64,000 bases of DNA from an uncultured Prevotella sp. (GTDB lineage Bacteria > Bacteroidota > Bacteroidia > Bacteroidales > Bacteroidaceae). Positions within the stretch are counted from its first letter, which is position 1; each line of letters begins with the position of its first letter. Shown here in pieces: positions 1 to 8,602 of the stretch. The notes under the pieces were generated by a model, which did no database searches, was not told the DNA's origin, and saw nothing but the letters and a program-made list of their open reading frames with translations. Both the position numbers and the translations under genes were made by a program. The stretch is from contig ONKL01000003.1 in the NCBI GenBank assembly GCA_900318395.1, positions 7,242-71,241 on the forward strand, read 5' to 3'.

Positions 1-506
1 ATGTCTGTATAGGGCTTCAGGCGACGGTTGCCAGGCAGGTCAGTACGGACATCAGCCAACAGACCTGGGAAAAGGGCCTCTATGTCGAGGAAGAAGTCAA
101 CATAGCCTCCACCTATCTCTCGCTCGTTTTTAAAGTATCGCCAGGCTGAATACAGGCAAAACCAATCTTTCTTACCCGTCAGATCCATCTTCTGGATACC
201 CTCGCGCAGCAATTCCTTAAAAAACGGTGTCTTCTGGTCGCTCACGCCCTTGAAAAACCTCAGTTCAGGCATTTCTGGAGTCAGAAGGGGTGGGGGCAAC
301 TTCTTCTGCTGATGGTCTTCCTGAGGCTGCTGCTTCATTCGGAAATGACTGCGGATGTCGCTGATAGCCGCCGCTATCTCTCTGACCATATCGTCTTCTG
401 CCGGTATGCTCTGCAGCATATCAATAATGGGCAGCGCATCGCGATAGGTAGGCAACTGCTTACAGTGGTCTACGACATACTTCAGTCTTATTTCTTCAAA
501 AGCCAT
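1..506 (-). CDS. hypothetical protein, 3' end runs off the window
   Basis: Hand translation from ATG at 506 (MAFEEIRLKYVVDHCKQLPTYRDALPII...KKDWFCLYSAWRYF...) stays open to position 1. Not in the ORF track because there is no stop codon. Confidence 0.7.
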   Translation of the reverse strand, partial: MAFEEIRLKYVVDHCKQLPTYRDALPIIDMLQSIPAEDDMVREIAAAISDIRSHFRMKQQPQEDHQQKKLPPPLLTPEMPELRFFKGVSDQKTPFFKELLREGIQKMDLTGKKDWFCLYSAWRYFKNEREIGGGYVDFFLDIEALFPGLLADVRTDLPGNRRLKPYTD

Positions 507-536
507 GCTTATTCTTAAACAAGCGTATCTTATTTA

Positions 537-1196
537 TTATAAGTGGGGGTTATTGTTCAGCTCCTTGATCAGCGGCTGAGCCTCTGGCATCTTGCTATAG
601 AACACGATGTCGAACTGATGTTCTGGAAAGGCTCTGTAATATCTGCTGCGAGTGTCGCGAAGATAAGTCAGCACCTCCTGTTCCGACTTATAGCCGTTGC
701 CTCCGAATTCAAAGAAAGAGTCGCCACTTTCTACCCACCAGTCTACCTTTTCAGACTTCCCAATGGAGATCTTTACTTCGAAGCGGTCTTCTAGCTCATC
801 AGTATCAAAACCCTCAGAATCCTTTTTCACAGGCCACCGAATCGTGACGCCAAGGTTCTTCAAGCGTGCCACCAGGTAATCAGGGCGGCACATGGGCGAT
901 CTGCGGCCATGCTTCTGTATCGTGTCAGCAGTCAGCTGATAGAAGTCCACAGGCAACATCTCACGCGAGATGATCTGACAGTCCTCTATCTCCTTGTCAT
1001 AGAACACGACGCCTGAATATGCATTCTCACCATAGTCAACCACAGGATGGCTCACCGTCTTGATACGTTCTTCTCCAGTATCCTTGTCATACGTCTGGCG
1101 AACCTCTATCAACGTGGCCACATGGCGCACAAGCGTGCCGTCGATGTTCAGCACGGGATATGGCGCCTCCAGTTTCATCAGATGGGTCTGTATCAT
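537..1196 (-). CDS. hypothetical protein (219 aa)
   Basis: Long ORF with a Bacteroidetes promoter just upstream; no recognisable motif. Confidence 0.7.
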   Translation of the reverse strand: MIQTHLMKLEAPYPVLNIDGTLVRHVATLIEVRQTYDKDTGEERIKTVSHPVVDYGENAYSGVVFYDKEIEDCQIISREMLPVDFYQLTADTIQKHGRRSPMCRPDYLVARLKNLGVTIRWPVKKDSEGFDTDELEDRFEVKISIGKSEKVDWWVESGDSFFEFGGNGYKSEQEVLTYLRDTRSRYYRAFPEHQFDIVFYSKMPEAQPLIKELNNNPHL

Positions 1197-1226
1197 AATT
1201 ATACTGTTTTATTTGATTACAGCTTG

Positions 1227-1258
1227 CAAAGATAGTGCAAAGCGAACGAATAACCAAA
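1227..1258 (-). promoter_or_regulatory. Bacteroidetes housekeeping promoter (-33 TTTG / -7 TATCTTTG)
   Basis: CAAAGATA 1227-1234 and CAAA 1255-1258, 20-nt spacer. Confidence 0.75.
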
Positions 1259-1294
1259 TTTATTGGGGTTTTTCTGAACTGTGACTACTCTGAT

Positions 1295-1458
1295 TATCAC
1301 AAATCACAGTATCACAGTTTTTTATTCTGCCCCTACCCCTCATGAGACTCTTTAGTAGTGTTAATAAATATAAATATATGTATATAAATATTTATTTATA
1401 GAACTTTAAGAAGGCCAACAGCGCGCTGAGAAACTGTGATATTGTGAACTGTGATTTT
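1295..1458. repeat. inverted TCACAGT-type repeat arms flanking an AT-rich core
   Basis: aaatcacagtatcacagttt (1301-1320) is inverted relative to aaactgtgatattgtgaactgtgatttt (1431-1458); near-pure AT tract at 1361-1400. Confidence 0.8.
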
Positions 1459-1482
1459 TCGCTGCCTTAGGCTCGTCATCGA

Positions 1483-1570
1483 TCAGGTCGGCTACGACTG
1501 CCCGCTTAGTCGGCTACGATCGTCGATCAGCTTCCTGACGATTGACAGTCAGGTCGGCTACGGCTGATTG
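1483..1570. repeat. imperfect 22-bp tandem array, 4 units (core GTCGGCTACG)
   Basis: Units start at 1483, 1505, 1527 and 1549. Confidence 0.8.
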
Positions 1571-1645
1571 TCCACAACCTGAACGCTCGGCTTTATTGCT
1601 TCGCTCGTCGAAGAACATTTGACGAGATTACTGCAACGATGGAGC

Positions 1646-1695
1646 GAGCAGTATTCTCCGACTCAAGGAGCAGTATTCTCGCTTTCAAGAGCAAC
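1646..1695. repeat. 21-22 bp period repeat (GAGCAGTATTCTC)
   Basis: Copies at 1646 and 1668, partial copy at 1689. Confidence 0.7.
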
Positions 1696-1798
1696 TTTTG
1701 ATATTGGAGATACCCACTATTTTGCCGTTTGCTACCGAAGGGTCGCAAGAACGATTGGCAGCCAGATTGTTCGTCCTTAAAGATTTCCTGACATAAAA

Positions 1799-1830
1799 TT
1801 TGGATATTACAAAAATAATATCTAATTTTG
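1799..1830 (+). promoter_or_regulatory. Bacteroidetes promoter for the LRR gene
   Basis: TTTG 1799-1802, 20-nt spacer, TAATTTTG 1823-1830. Confidence 0.75.
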
Positions 1831-1858
1831 CAGAAAATAATCACTTAAACGAATTAAA

Positions 1859-3058
1859 ATGAAGAAAAATAGTTTATTAATAGTGCTTTTGACATCGATG
1901 GCATTTTCATTGCAACTTAAGGCACAGGAAGCGACATCTCTGATGTCGGGTAGCAAAAGGACTTCGCTGGATGCTGAATTAAAAAGGAAAAGCATGAATA
2001 TGGTTGATAATGATAAAGAAATACTTCTTAACTCATCATCACAAACAATGACCATTATATATAAGAATGGCACAAGACAAGAGATTGGAATGAATGAAAT
2101 TGAATCTATCGAATATTCCGACGATTCTAATACAGACATGTTCGCAGCATATCTATCCAAGGCAGGCATGCTCTCAACCGTTTTATTTGAAGCAAAAGCT
2201 AAAAATGTGCTAGAGCTGAAACTCTCTGGACGTATTGACGCTAGGGACTTCGAATACATAAAATGGTGTTGTAGCAGAATTCAGGTCCTTGACCTAAAAG
2301 ATGTGGTAATTGATGCCTATACCGGAGAGGATGGCACCAATGAAGGTACTTACGACACATTTTATGCGAACAAGATACCAACAGGAGCTTTTTACTATTG
2401 GGGTACATCGAAAAAGCACAATTTCACAGGAATTCCAAGGAATGAAGGCATGACATCTTTGAAAAAGATCATATTACCAAATGATCTAGATTCAATCGGC
2501 GAAAAAGCATTTGCAAATATGGCACAGTTGGAAAGCGTAACCATCAGAACGCCTTATCCGCCCAAAGCTCATAAAAATAGTTTTCAGGGATTATCAAGAA
2601 ATGCGAAACTATACGTCCCAAAGGGTACTAAGACCCGTTATCGTTCTGCAGAGGGTTGGGATGAGTTTGTAGAAGTTGTTGAGGTTAATGAAAACGGCAC
2701 TCCTATTATTGCAGACAACCCCCTCATTGGTACATGGAAGGCAACACGAATTGAAGGTTGGGGAGAATCTGTAAGTACAGTAGGATTAGACTACCTGCAA
2801 TTAAAGAATGATGGTACCTACATCCATGTTGAGGAGGAAGATGGCATACCATTTGTAACAAGAGGCACGTGGACCACTTCAGAAGATAAGTTTATACTCC
2901 ACAAAAAAGACGGTGGGCAAGCAGGTTCTTCTTTTGAATATGAAATAATAGAATTGAAAGAAAACAACATGAAAGTGTCTATGTGGCGTGTTATTGCATA
3001 TTTGGAGAAAGTGCAAGATAGCGTCATTAAACAATACCTAAAAAGTGGAAGCAAGTAA
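1859..3058 (+). CDS. secreted BspA/LRR_5-type leucine-rich repeat protein with C-terminal lipocalin-like domain
   Basis: Signal peptide; LKKIILPNDLDSIGEKAF repeat; LYVPKG...Y..AEGW cap; C-terminal LIGTWK...GTW barrel motifs. Confidence 0.8.
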   Translation: MKKNSLLIVLLTSMAFSLQLKAQEATSLMSGSKRTSLDAELKRKSMNMVDNDKEILLNSSSQTMTIIYKNGTRQEIGMNEIESIEYSDDSNTDMFAAYLSKAGMLSTVLFEAKAKNVLELKLSGRIDARDFEYIKWCCSRIQVLDLKDVVIDAYTGEDGTNEGTYDTFYANKIPTGAFYYWGTSKKHNFTGIPRNEGMTSLKKIILPNDLDSIGEKAFANMAQLESVTIRTPYPPKAHKNSFQGLSRNAKLYVPKGTKTRYRSAEGWDEFVEVVEVNENGTPIIADNPLIGTWKATRIEGWGESVSTVGLDYLQLKNDGTYIHVEEEDGIPFVTRGTWTTSEDKFILHKKDGGQAGSSFEYEIIELKENNMKVSMWRVIAYLEKVQDSVIKQYLKSGSK

Positions 3059-3074
3059 TTTTTCTCTGATATTA

Positions 3075-3106
3075 TTTGGTCAAATAAAAAATATATCGTA
3101 TTTTTG
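3075..3106 (+). promoter_or_regulatory. Bacteroidetes promoter for the FHA-kinase operon
   Basis: TTTG 3075-3078, 20-nt spacer, TATTTTTG 3099-3106. Confidence 0.8.
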
Positions 3107-3162
3107 CACCATGTATTAAATATTTGCTAATTATTTAAATAATCTATAAACAATATTACGGC

Positions 3163-3852
3163 ATGAAACAAGATGATACTTTTGTTAAGGGAGGCAATAG
3201 GGGTAATAATCCTTATGCTCGACCTACCGGCAGGTCGTTTGCTTCTAACGCAAACGAAACGTATGTACCTGGTATGCATGACAATGCTCCTGGTGTAGTT
3301 GAAAATAAGTTTGATCAAAAGGACAATTCTCCAGTAGTTGGCTTCTTGTATTCTATTTCGCGTAAGGGAATTGGTGAATACTGGCCACTCCATTTGGGAA
3401 CAAACACAATCGGCCGATCTTCGGATTGTGACATCGTGCTAAAGGAACGCTCTGTTTCGGAGCATCATGCCACAATAAGTATCAAGCAAATGAAGTCAAC
3501 AAAGAAACTGATTGCCAGCATACGCGATGTGGGATCAAAAAATGGAATGTATCTTAACGAAGAGGAGCTTGATTATGACAACCATACGTGTAAGTTGCAC
3601 GACATTATCACCATAGGCACAAGTTACAAGTTGTTACTTATTCTAATTGATGCCGAAGACTATGGCTTGTCAGTAGCTGAAGACTTCGCCGCAATTGAGG
3701 AAGATGACACATTCTTTAGCGACATTTCTGGAGGTGATGATACCCAAGGGCGTTTTAATCCATACAACTCTGACAATAGAAACGTTGATACAGGTACTGT
3801 TGATCTCAATGGTGGTCAGCCAAACAAACCTGGTGGTACTAAATTTATGTAA
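3163..3852 (+). CDS. soluble FHA domain protein
   Basis: FHA motifs TIGR, VSEHHA, D.GSKNG; low-complexity N- and C-terminal tails. Confidence 0.9.
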   Translation: MKQDDTFVKGGNRGNNPYARPTGRSFASNANETYVPGMHDNAPGVVENKFDQKDNSPVVGFLYSISRKGIGEYWPLHLGTNTIGRSSDCDIVLKERSVSEHHATISIKQMKSTKKLIASIRDVGSKNGMYLNEEELDYDNHTCKLHDIITIGTSYKLLLILIDAEDYGLSVAEDFAAIEEDDTFFSDISGGDDTQGRFNPYNSDNRNVDTGTVDLNGGQPNKPGGTKFM

Positions 3853-3854
3853 TA

Positions 3855-5519
3855 ATGTCTTTGATTTTTATCCAAGGAGAGGAAGAAAAGAACCGAAATA
3901 TCCACTATGAAGTAGACCCTAAGCTACCTTCTCTTGGTGAGGGGGGAATGGGCCAAGTACTTCGGGGGGTGATGGTCAATGAAAAAAATGGTGTCAGGCA
4001 GGATGTGGCTATTAAGTTCCTGTTTGAAGATCTTCCCGTGCATGCCATTGAACGTGCAAAACGTGAGGCTTCTATACAGATCCATAATGAAAATCTTGTG
4101 GAGATGTTTGGATTCATTGAAGTGGTTGATGGCAATGGCACGAAAAGATACCATGTGGTTAGTGAGTTGTTACAGGGTGTCATGCTCTTCGACTTACTTA
4201 ATGGTAAAACAACCGACAAATACGGAAACGAGATAGAATTTGCCCAGGAATTATTTCAGCAATACCAAAATGACAAGTTCAGTTTCGCAGTGTTCATTGT
4301 GAAAAATATCTTATCTGGACTGATGGCGCTTCATGATAAGGGATATATTCATAGAGATCTTGATCCAAGCAATATCATGATTACACATGATAAAAAGGTG
4401 AAGATCATCGACTTCGGAATAGCCAAACAGCTGAACTCATTGAATACTCAAGACCAACAGCTTACCAGTACTGGACAGTTCGTAGGAAAGGCCGCCTACG
4501 CAGCCCCAGAATTGGTACTTGGTGATGTGCGCAGCCAAGACAAGTCAACAGACATCTACGCTGTGGGTATTATGCTTTATCAGTTTATCGTGGGCAGTTT
4601 GCCCTTTGAAGGCACTATGGCAGAGCTTATCAAGAAGCAGATTAATGAAAAATTGCCCTTAAAGAATGTGCCCTATAAGGCGATCCGCCGCATTATTGAA
4701 AAAGCTACGGCAAAGAAACAGGCAGACAGATACCAGTCGGCATCGGAAATGCGTGTAGATCTCGAGCACCTCTCCAAACAAGATGCACAGCCTTCAACCA
4801 CATCATTTGACTCATTCCCTGATATTGGTGGTTCAAAAAAGAGAATCGGCATAATTGCAGCTTCAGTAGTTGTACTTCTTGCTGTCATTGGAGGCATTTT
4901 CTTCTCCGTGAACAGCGGACCTTCTGAAGAAGAGCTTGCAAAGGCTCGTAAAGACAGCCTATTCCAAGTACGTAATGGGCAGGTCATTGACTCTCCAGAA
5001 ACAAACATTATTATAGACCCTGAATCTGGAGCAAAAATGACACCAATTAATATGTTGGCTGACAAAGCATTGAAGGCACTTGAAGACAGTGCTAGCATGG
5101 AATCGGGGCTTATGCAATTACGAGAAATTATTGACAAATATAGTAGCTATAAGCACTCAGCCCCTGTGCTGGCTTTAATGGCTGCCATTACACAACCAGA
5201 AGACGCGACTATCGCCCCTGAACGTGTAAAAATGCTAAGACGGTTGACGGCAGATAAAGTTCAACGTAACGCCAGACGTGCTCACGAGTTGGCAGAGATG
5301 GCTGTTAATGCTGATCCCCAATGTTATCAGGCGCTCTTCGAACTTGCCACAGACTACGTGGCAGGAGAGATACGTACAGGATCTCCTTCGACGCCTGCTC
5401 CTAACAAAGCTCTCAAGATGTATAAGGATGGTCTGGCTTATGCCCAGAACAATAATGACAATGACTACATATCATTATTTAATACGCGCATAGAACAAGT
5501 TTCTCAACTATTGCAATAG
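3855..5519 (+). CDS. membrane Hanks-type Ser/Thr kinase with extracytoplasmic helical (TPR/Sel1-like) domain
   Basis: GEGGMGQV, VAIK, HRDLDPSN, DFG, YAAPE, DIYAVG; TM IGIIAASVVVLLAVIGGIFF. Confidence 0.92.
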   Translation: MSLIFIQGEEEKNRNIHYEVDPKLPSLGEGGMGQVLRGVMVNEKNGVRQDVAIKFLFEDLPVHAIERAKREASIQIHNENLVEMFGFIEVVDGNGTKRYHVVSELLQGVMLFDLLNGKTTDKYGNEIEFAQELFQQYQNDKFSFAVFIVKNILSGLMALHDKGYIHRDLDPSNIMITHDKKVKIIDFGIAKQLNSLNTQDQQLTSTGQFVGKAAYAAPELVLGDVRSQDKSTDIYAVGIMLYQFIVGSLPFEGTMAELIKKQINEKLPLKNVPYKAIRRIIEKATAKKQADRYQSASEMRVDLEHLSKQDAQPSTTSFDSFPDIGGSKKRIGIIAASVVVLLAVIGGIFFSVNSGPSEEELAKARKDSLFQVRNGQVIDSPETNIIIDPESGAKMTPINMLADKALKALEDSASMESGLMQLREIIDKYSSYKHSAPVLALMAAITQPEDATIAPERVKMLRRLTADKVQRNARRAHELAEMAVNADPQCYQALFELATDYVAGEIRTGSPSTPAPNKALKMYKDGLAYAQNNNDNDYISLFNTRIEQVSQLLQ

Positions 5520-5525
5520 AACTGT

Positions 5526-6479
5526 ATGGCGGGAAAGGTTACGCAAAAAGGTGATACCATATACCTGAACATCGGACAGAGATGGTTTAAGTATAACGAA
5601 AGATCGTTATTGGGTTCAGGTGCAATGGGTACAGTTTATAAGGGATATGACTGTAACTCTGGTGAACCTGTGGCTATAAAACGCGTAATGGATCGCTATG
5701 CGAACAACCCTGAAATACGTTACAGAGCTCATCAAGAGGCTGACCTGATGTTCCGTCATCCAAATCTGGTGGAGATGCTCGGATGCTGTGAAATAGCCCC
5801 TGACAGGGGACCCATCTTTATTGTAAGTAACTATGTCAATGGAGAGAATATAGACCAATTCATAAACACCCACGTACGAGCTCTCCCAAATGTGGAGAAA
5901 AGAATTTGCGAACTATTTCTCCCTGTGCTAGACGCCTTGTCATACATTCATCAGAAGGGTATCATTCACATGGACATCAAACCCTCGAACATTATGATGG
6001 AACAGGGTAAAAATGTCAGGCTTATGGACTTAGGCATAGCTAATATTAGTGACACTGTGAATACAGCGACCTCTGGCATGATGGGCACTCCAAAATACGC
6101 TGCTCCAGAACAGTTCTCCGATTCTGAGAAGAGGCCCCAATTGACTGCCGCTACAGACATTTACGAGGCAGGGGTCACACTCTATGAACTGATAACTATG
6201 CACAATCCCTTTAACGCATCTACAGTATTGGAAGCGAGGGAGTTGCATCGCGAATTGGTGCTTGAGAAAAAGCCGATGATGTCGGAAGCTGTATATCAAG
6301 TTATACGCAAGGCAACTGCTATTTATCCCTCAGATAGATTTCAGAATGCAGGTCAGATGAAAATGGCGCTAAAGGAAGCATTAGCTGCACCTGAGCCTTC
6401 ATCCAACACATTGTTATATTGGATTATAGGGCTCCTTGGAGCTTTAGCTATCATATTATTGATATTATTTCTCCTATAG
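5526..6479 (+). CDS. tail-anchored Hanks-type Ser/Thr kinase (non-RD)
   Basis: GSGAMGTV, VAIK, HMDIKPSN, DLG, GTPKYAAPE; protein ends in a TM helix. Confidence 0.92.
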   Translation: MAGKVTQKGDTIYLNIGQRWFKYNERSLLGSGAMGTVYKGYDCNSGEPVAIKRVMDRYANNPEIRYRAHQEADLMFRHPNLVEMLGCCEIAPDRGPIFIVSNYVNGENIDQFINTHVRALPNVEKRICELFLPVLDALSYIHQKGIIHMDIKPSNIMMEQGKNVRLMDLGIANISDTVNTATSGMMGTPKYAAPEQFSDSEKRPQLTAATDIYEAGVTLYELITMHNPFNASTVLEARELHRELVLEKKPMMSEAVYQVIRKATAIYPSDRFQNAGQMKMALKEALAAPEPSSNTLLYWIIGLLGALAIILLILFLL

Positions 6480-6482
6480 AAA

Positions 6483-7886
6483 ATGAAACCAATTAATACA
6501 TCATTGCCGATAACAGGTTTCTGGGAATCCAGACAGGGAGGAAGAGACGAGAATCAGGATCAATGTGCCGTCGTTGACACACCACTCGGATTTCTTGCTC
6601 TTGTATGTGACGGAATGGGCGGAGGACCTTCCGGCAGCTTGGCGTCTGACACGGCAGTAAGGAAGATATACGAATACCTCAATGCCCCCCACGAGGACAT
6701 GAATCGGAAGGAGGTCTTAAAAGAAGCCATAGAGTATGCCCATCAATCTATATTAAGTTTGGGTGATGAGAATCCAAGGTTAAGAGGTATGGGAACAACT
6801 GTAGTTGCTATGCTCATTAATGACTATTCAGCCATTATCGCTCATGTCGGAGACAGTCGAGCATATCAATTCCGTTACGGACATAAAATCTTCCGTACTT
6901 CCGACCACTCAATGGTCGCTGAAATGGTTCGTAATGGAGTCCTTACTGAAGAGCAGGCTAGATTATCATCTCAATCGAACATTATTACCAAAGCTCTGGG
7001 TGGTAATTTGAAGGATTTGGCAGAGGTAAGTGAACATGCTTACGAGGCAGGAGATAAGTTCCTTCTCTGTTCTGATGGTATATGGGGAATGGTACCCGAG
7101 AAGGAGCTTATTCGTCTCACAGCAAAGCCGTCAGTTCTATCAAAGGCCGTTGCCAATACCGTAGAAACCATTGAAGGTATAGGCAGGGAAAGCGGAAATA
7201 CGCATGATAATATGACCATCGTCATGCTTGAAATGAAAAAAGACTCTAAACTAAAAGTAAAAATGAGCAAGAAGACTATCAGATTATTAGCTATCATGGC
7301 AGTCGTTTGTCTGCTAAGTATTGTTGCAAATATAATATTAGCAAAAAAATTATCGGCTCCAAATATGGCTGAGCAGAAGGTTGAAGTTCTCACAAAAGAA
7401 TTGTCTGCCAAAAAAAAGCAGATAGAAGACCTTCAGACAGAAGTGAACAAGTTGAACACAGAAGTAGCAAAGTCAAAACGAGAAACTGCTGACGCACAAC
7501 TTGAAGTCGCAGTGGAAAAGAACAAAGCCGCAGAACGCGCTCAGGCTGAAGCAGAGGAAAAGGTCAAGGAAGCGACAAAAGCTTCAGAGAAAGCCAAAGC
7601 TGCCGCCCAGCAGGCACAGAAAACTGCTAATGAGATTGCTGCTCTTCGAAAAAAAATTTTGGATGATTTAAATACAGCTAAAAATACGAAAAAGAAAGAT
7701 GCGCGAAAAGTTATCATAAAAAGAATGGTATCGAACCTAAGCCTTCTTTCAGCCAAAGATACGAAGAACAAAACAGTATATGAAGATATAAAAGATAAGC
7801 TGAGTGCTCCTATATCAACGAGCAATTCTCCCAATGCAATAGGACATTATGATATACTTATAAAAAAATTAAATGCAATTAAATAA
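6483..7886 (+). CDS. PP2C/Stp1-family Ser/Thr phosphatase with TM helix and C-terminal coiled coil
   Basis: RDENQD, CDGMGG, GMGTT, HVGDSR, DHS, LLCSDG, HDN; TM LLAIMAVVCLLSIVANIIL; K/E/A-rich tail. Confidence 0.93.
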   Translation: MKPINTSLPITGFWESRQGGRDENQDQCAVVDTPLGFLALVCDGMGGGPSGSLASDTAVRKIYEYLNAPHEDMNRKEVLKEAIEYAHQSILSLGDENPRLRGMGTTVVAMLINDYSAIIAHVGDSRAYQFRYGHKIFRTSDHSMVAEMVRNGVLTEEQARLSSQSNIITKALGGNLKDLAEVSEHAYEAGDKFLLCSDGIWGMVPEKELIRLTAKPSVLSKAVANTVETIEGIGRESGNTHDNMTIVMLEMKKDSKLKVKMSKKTIRLLAIMAVVCLLSIVANIILAKKLSAPNMAEQKVEVLTKELSAKKKQIEDLQTEVNKLNTEVAKSKRETADAQLEVAVEKNKAAERAQAEAEEKVKEATKASEKAKAAAQQAQKTANEIAALRKKILDDLNTAKNTKKKDARKVIIKRMVSNLSLLSAKDTKNKTVYEDIKDKLSAPISTSNSPNAIGHYDILIKKLNAIK

Positions 7887-7904
7887 ATATAATAACATCT
7901 GCTT

Positions 7905-8582
7905 ATGAAGACTATAACGATTGGACGAGGCGACGGTGCCAATATCATCATCGACAACGAGTTGATCAGTCGTCGTCATGCTATTCTAAAGATTTCCACA
8001 TTTGGAAAGATGGAAATTGTTGATATGGGAAGAAACGGTACGTATGTCAACGGCATAAAACTACGTCCAAATGTTCCTTTCCCTGTTACACGAAAAGATG
8101 TTGTTAAATTTGCCGATCAGGATAGCCCATTTAAACTCGATTGGTCGCTGGTACCAGATAATTCCAGATTCATCAAAATCGCTTTATCTACAATTATTGG
8201 CCTACTGGCAGTAATCCTTTTAGTTTTACTTATAAGAAGCTGTATCAGCGATGAGGATAACTCTGCAGCCCCCACTTTTATTGAGGAAACATCTGCTCAG
8301 TCGCCTTCTGCGAACTCCTCAGAAGCGCCAGCCATCGATTCTGATAAGAAGTCTGGCGTTGCAGAAGAAAGCCGTGAAAGGGAAGCAAAAGAAAATATAA
8401 GAGAAAAGAAAGAAGAGCAGAAGGATATAAACGGAAAGACAGTACAGCAACTTTTCCCCAATCCCCCTGCAAAGAAAGATACAAACTCAAAGAAAAAAGG
8501 GAACGGAGCAGTTCAACCGTCAAAGGTCAAGACTAAGGAAGGTGATAATAACCAAAATAATAATAAAACAGTGATAATGTAA
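7905..8582 (+). CDS. FHA domain membrane protein
   Basis: TIGR, ISRRHA, NGTYVNG; one TM helix; charged low-complexity C-terminus. Confidence 0.9.
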   Translation: MKTITIGRGDGANIIIDNELISRRHAILKISTFGKMEIVDMGRNGTYVNGIKLRPNVPFPVTRKDVVKFADQDSPFKLDWSLVPDNSRFIKIALSTIIGLLAVILLVLLIRSCISDEDNSAAPTFIEETSAQSPSANSSEAPAIDSDKKSGVAEESREREAKENIREKKEEQKDINGKTVQQLFPNPPAKKDTNSKKKGNGAVQPSKVKTKEGDNNQNNNKTVIM

Positions 8583-8602
8583 AACAATAAAACATATATA
8601 TT

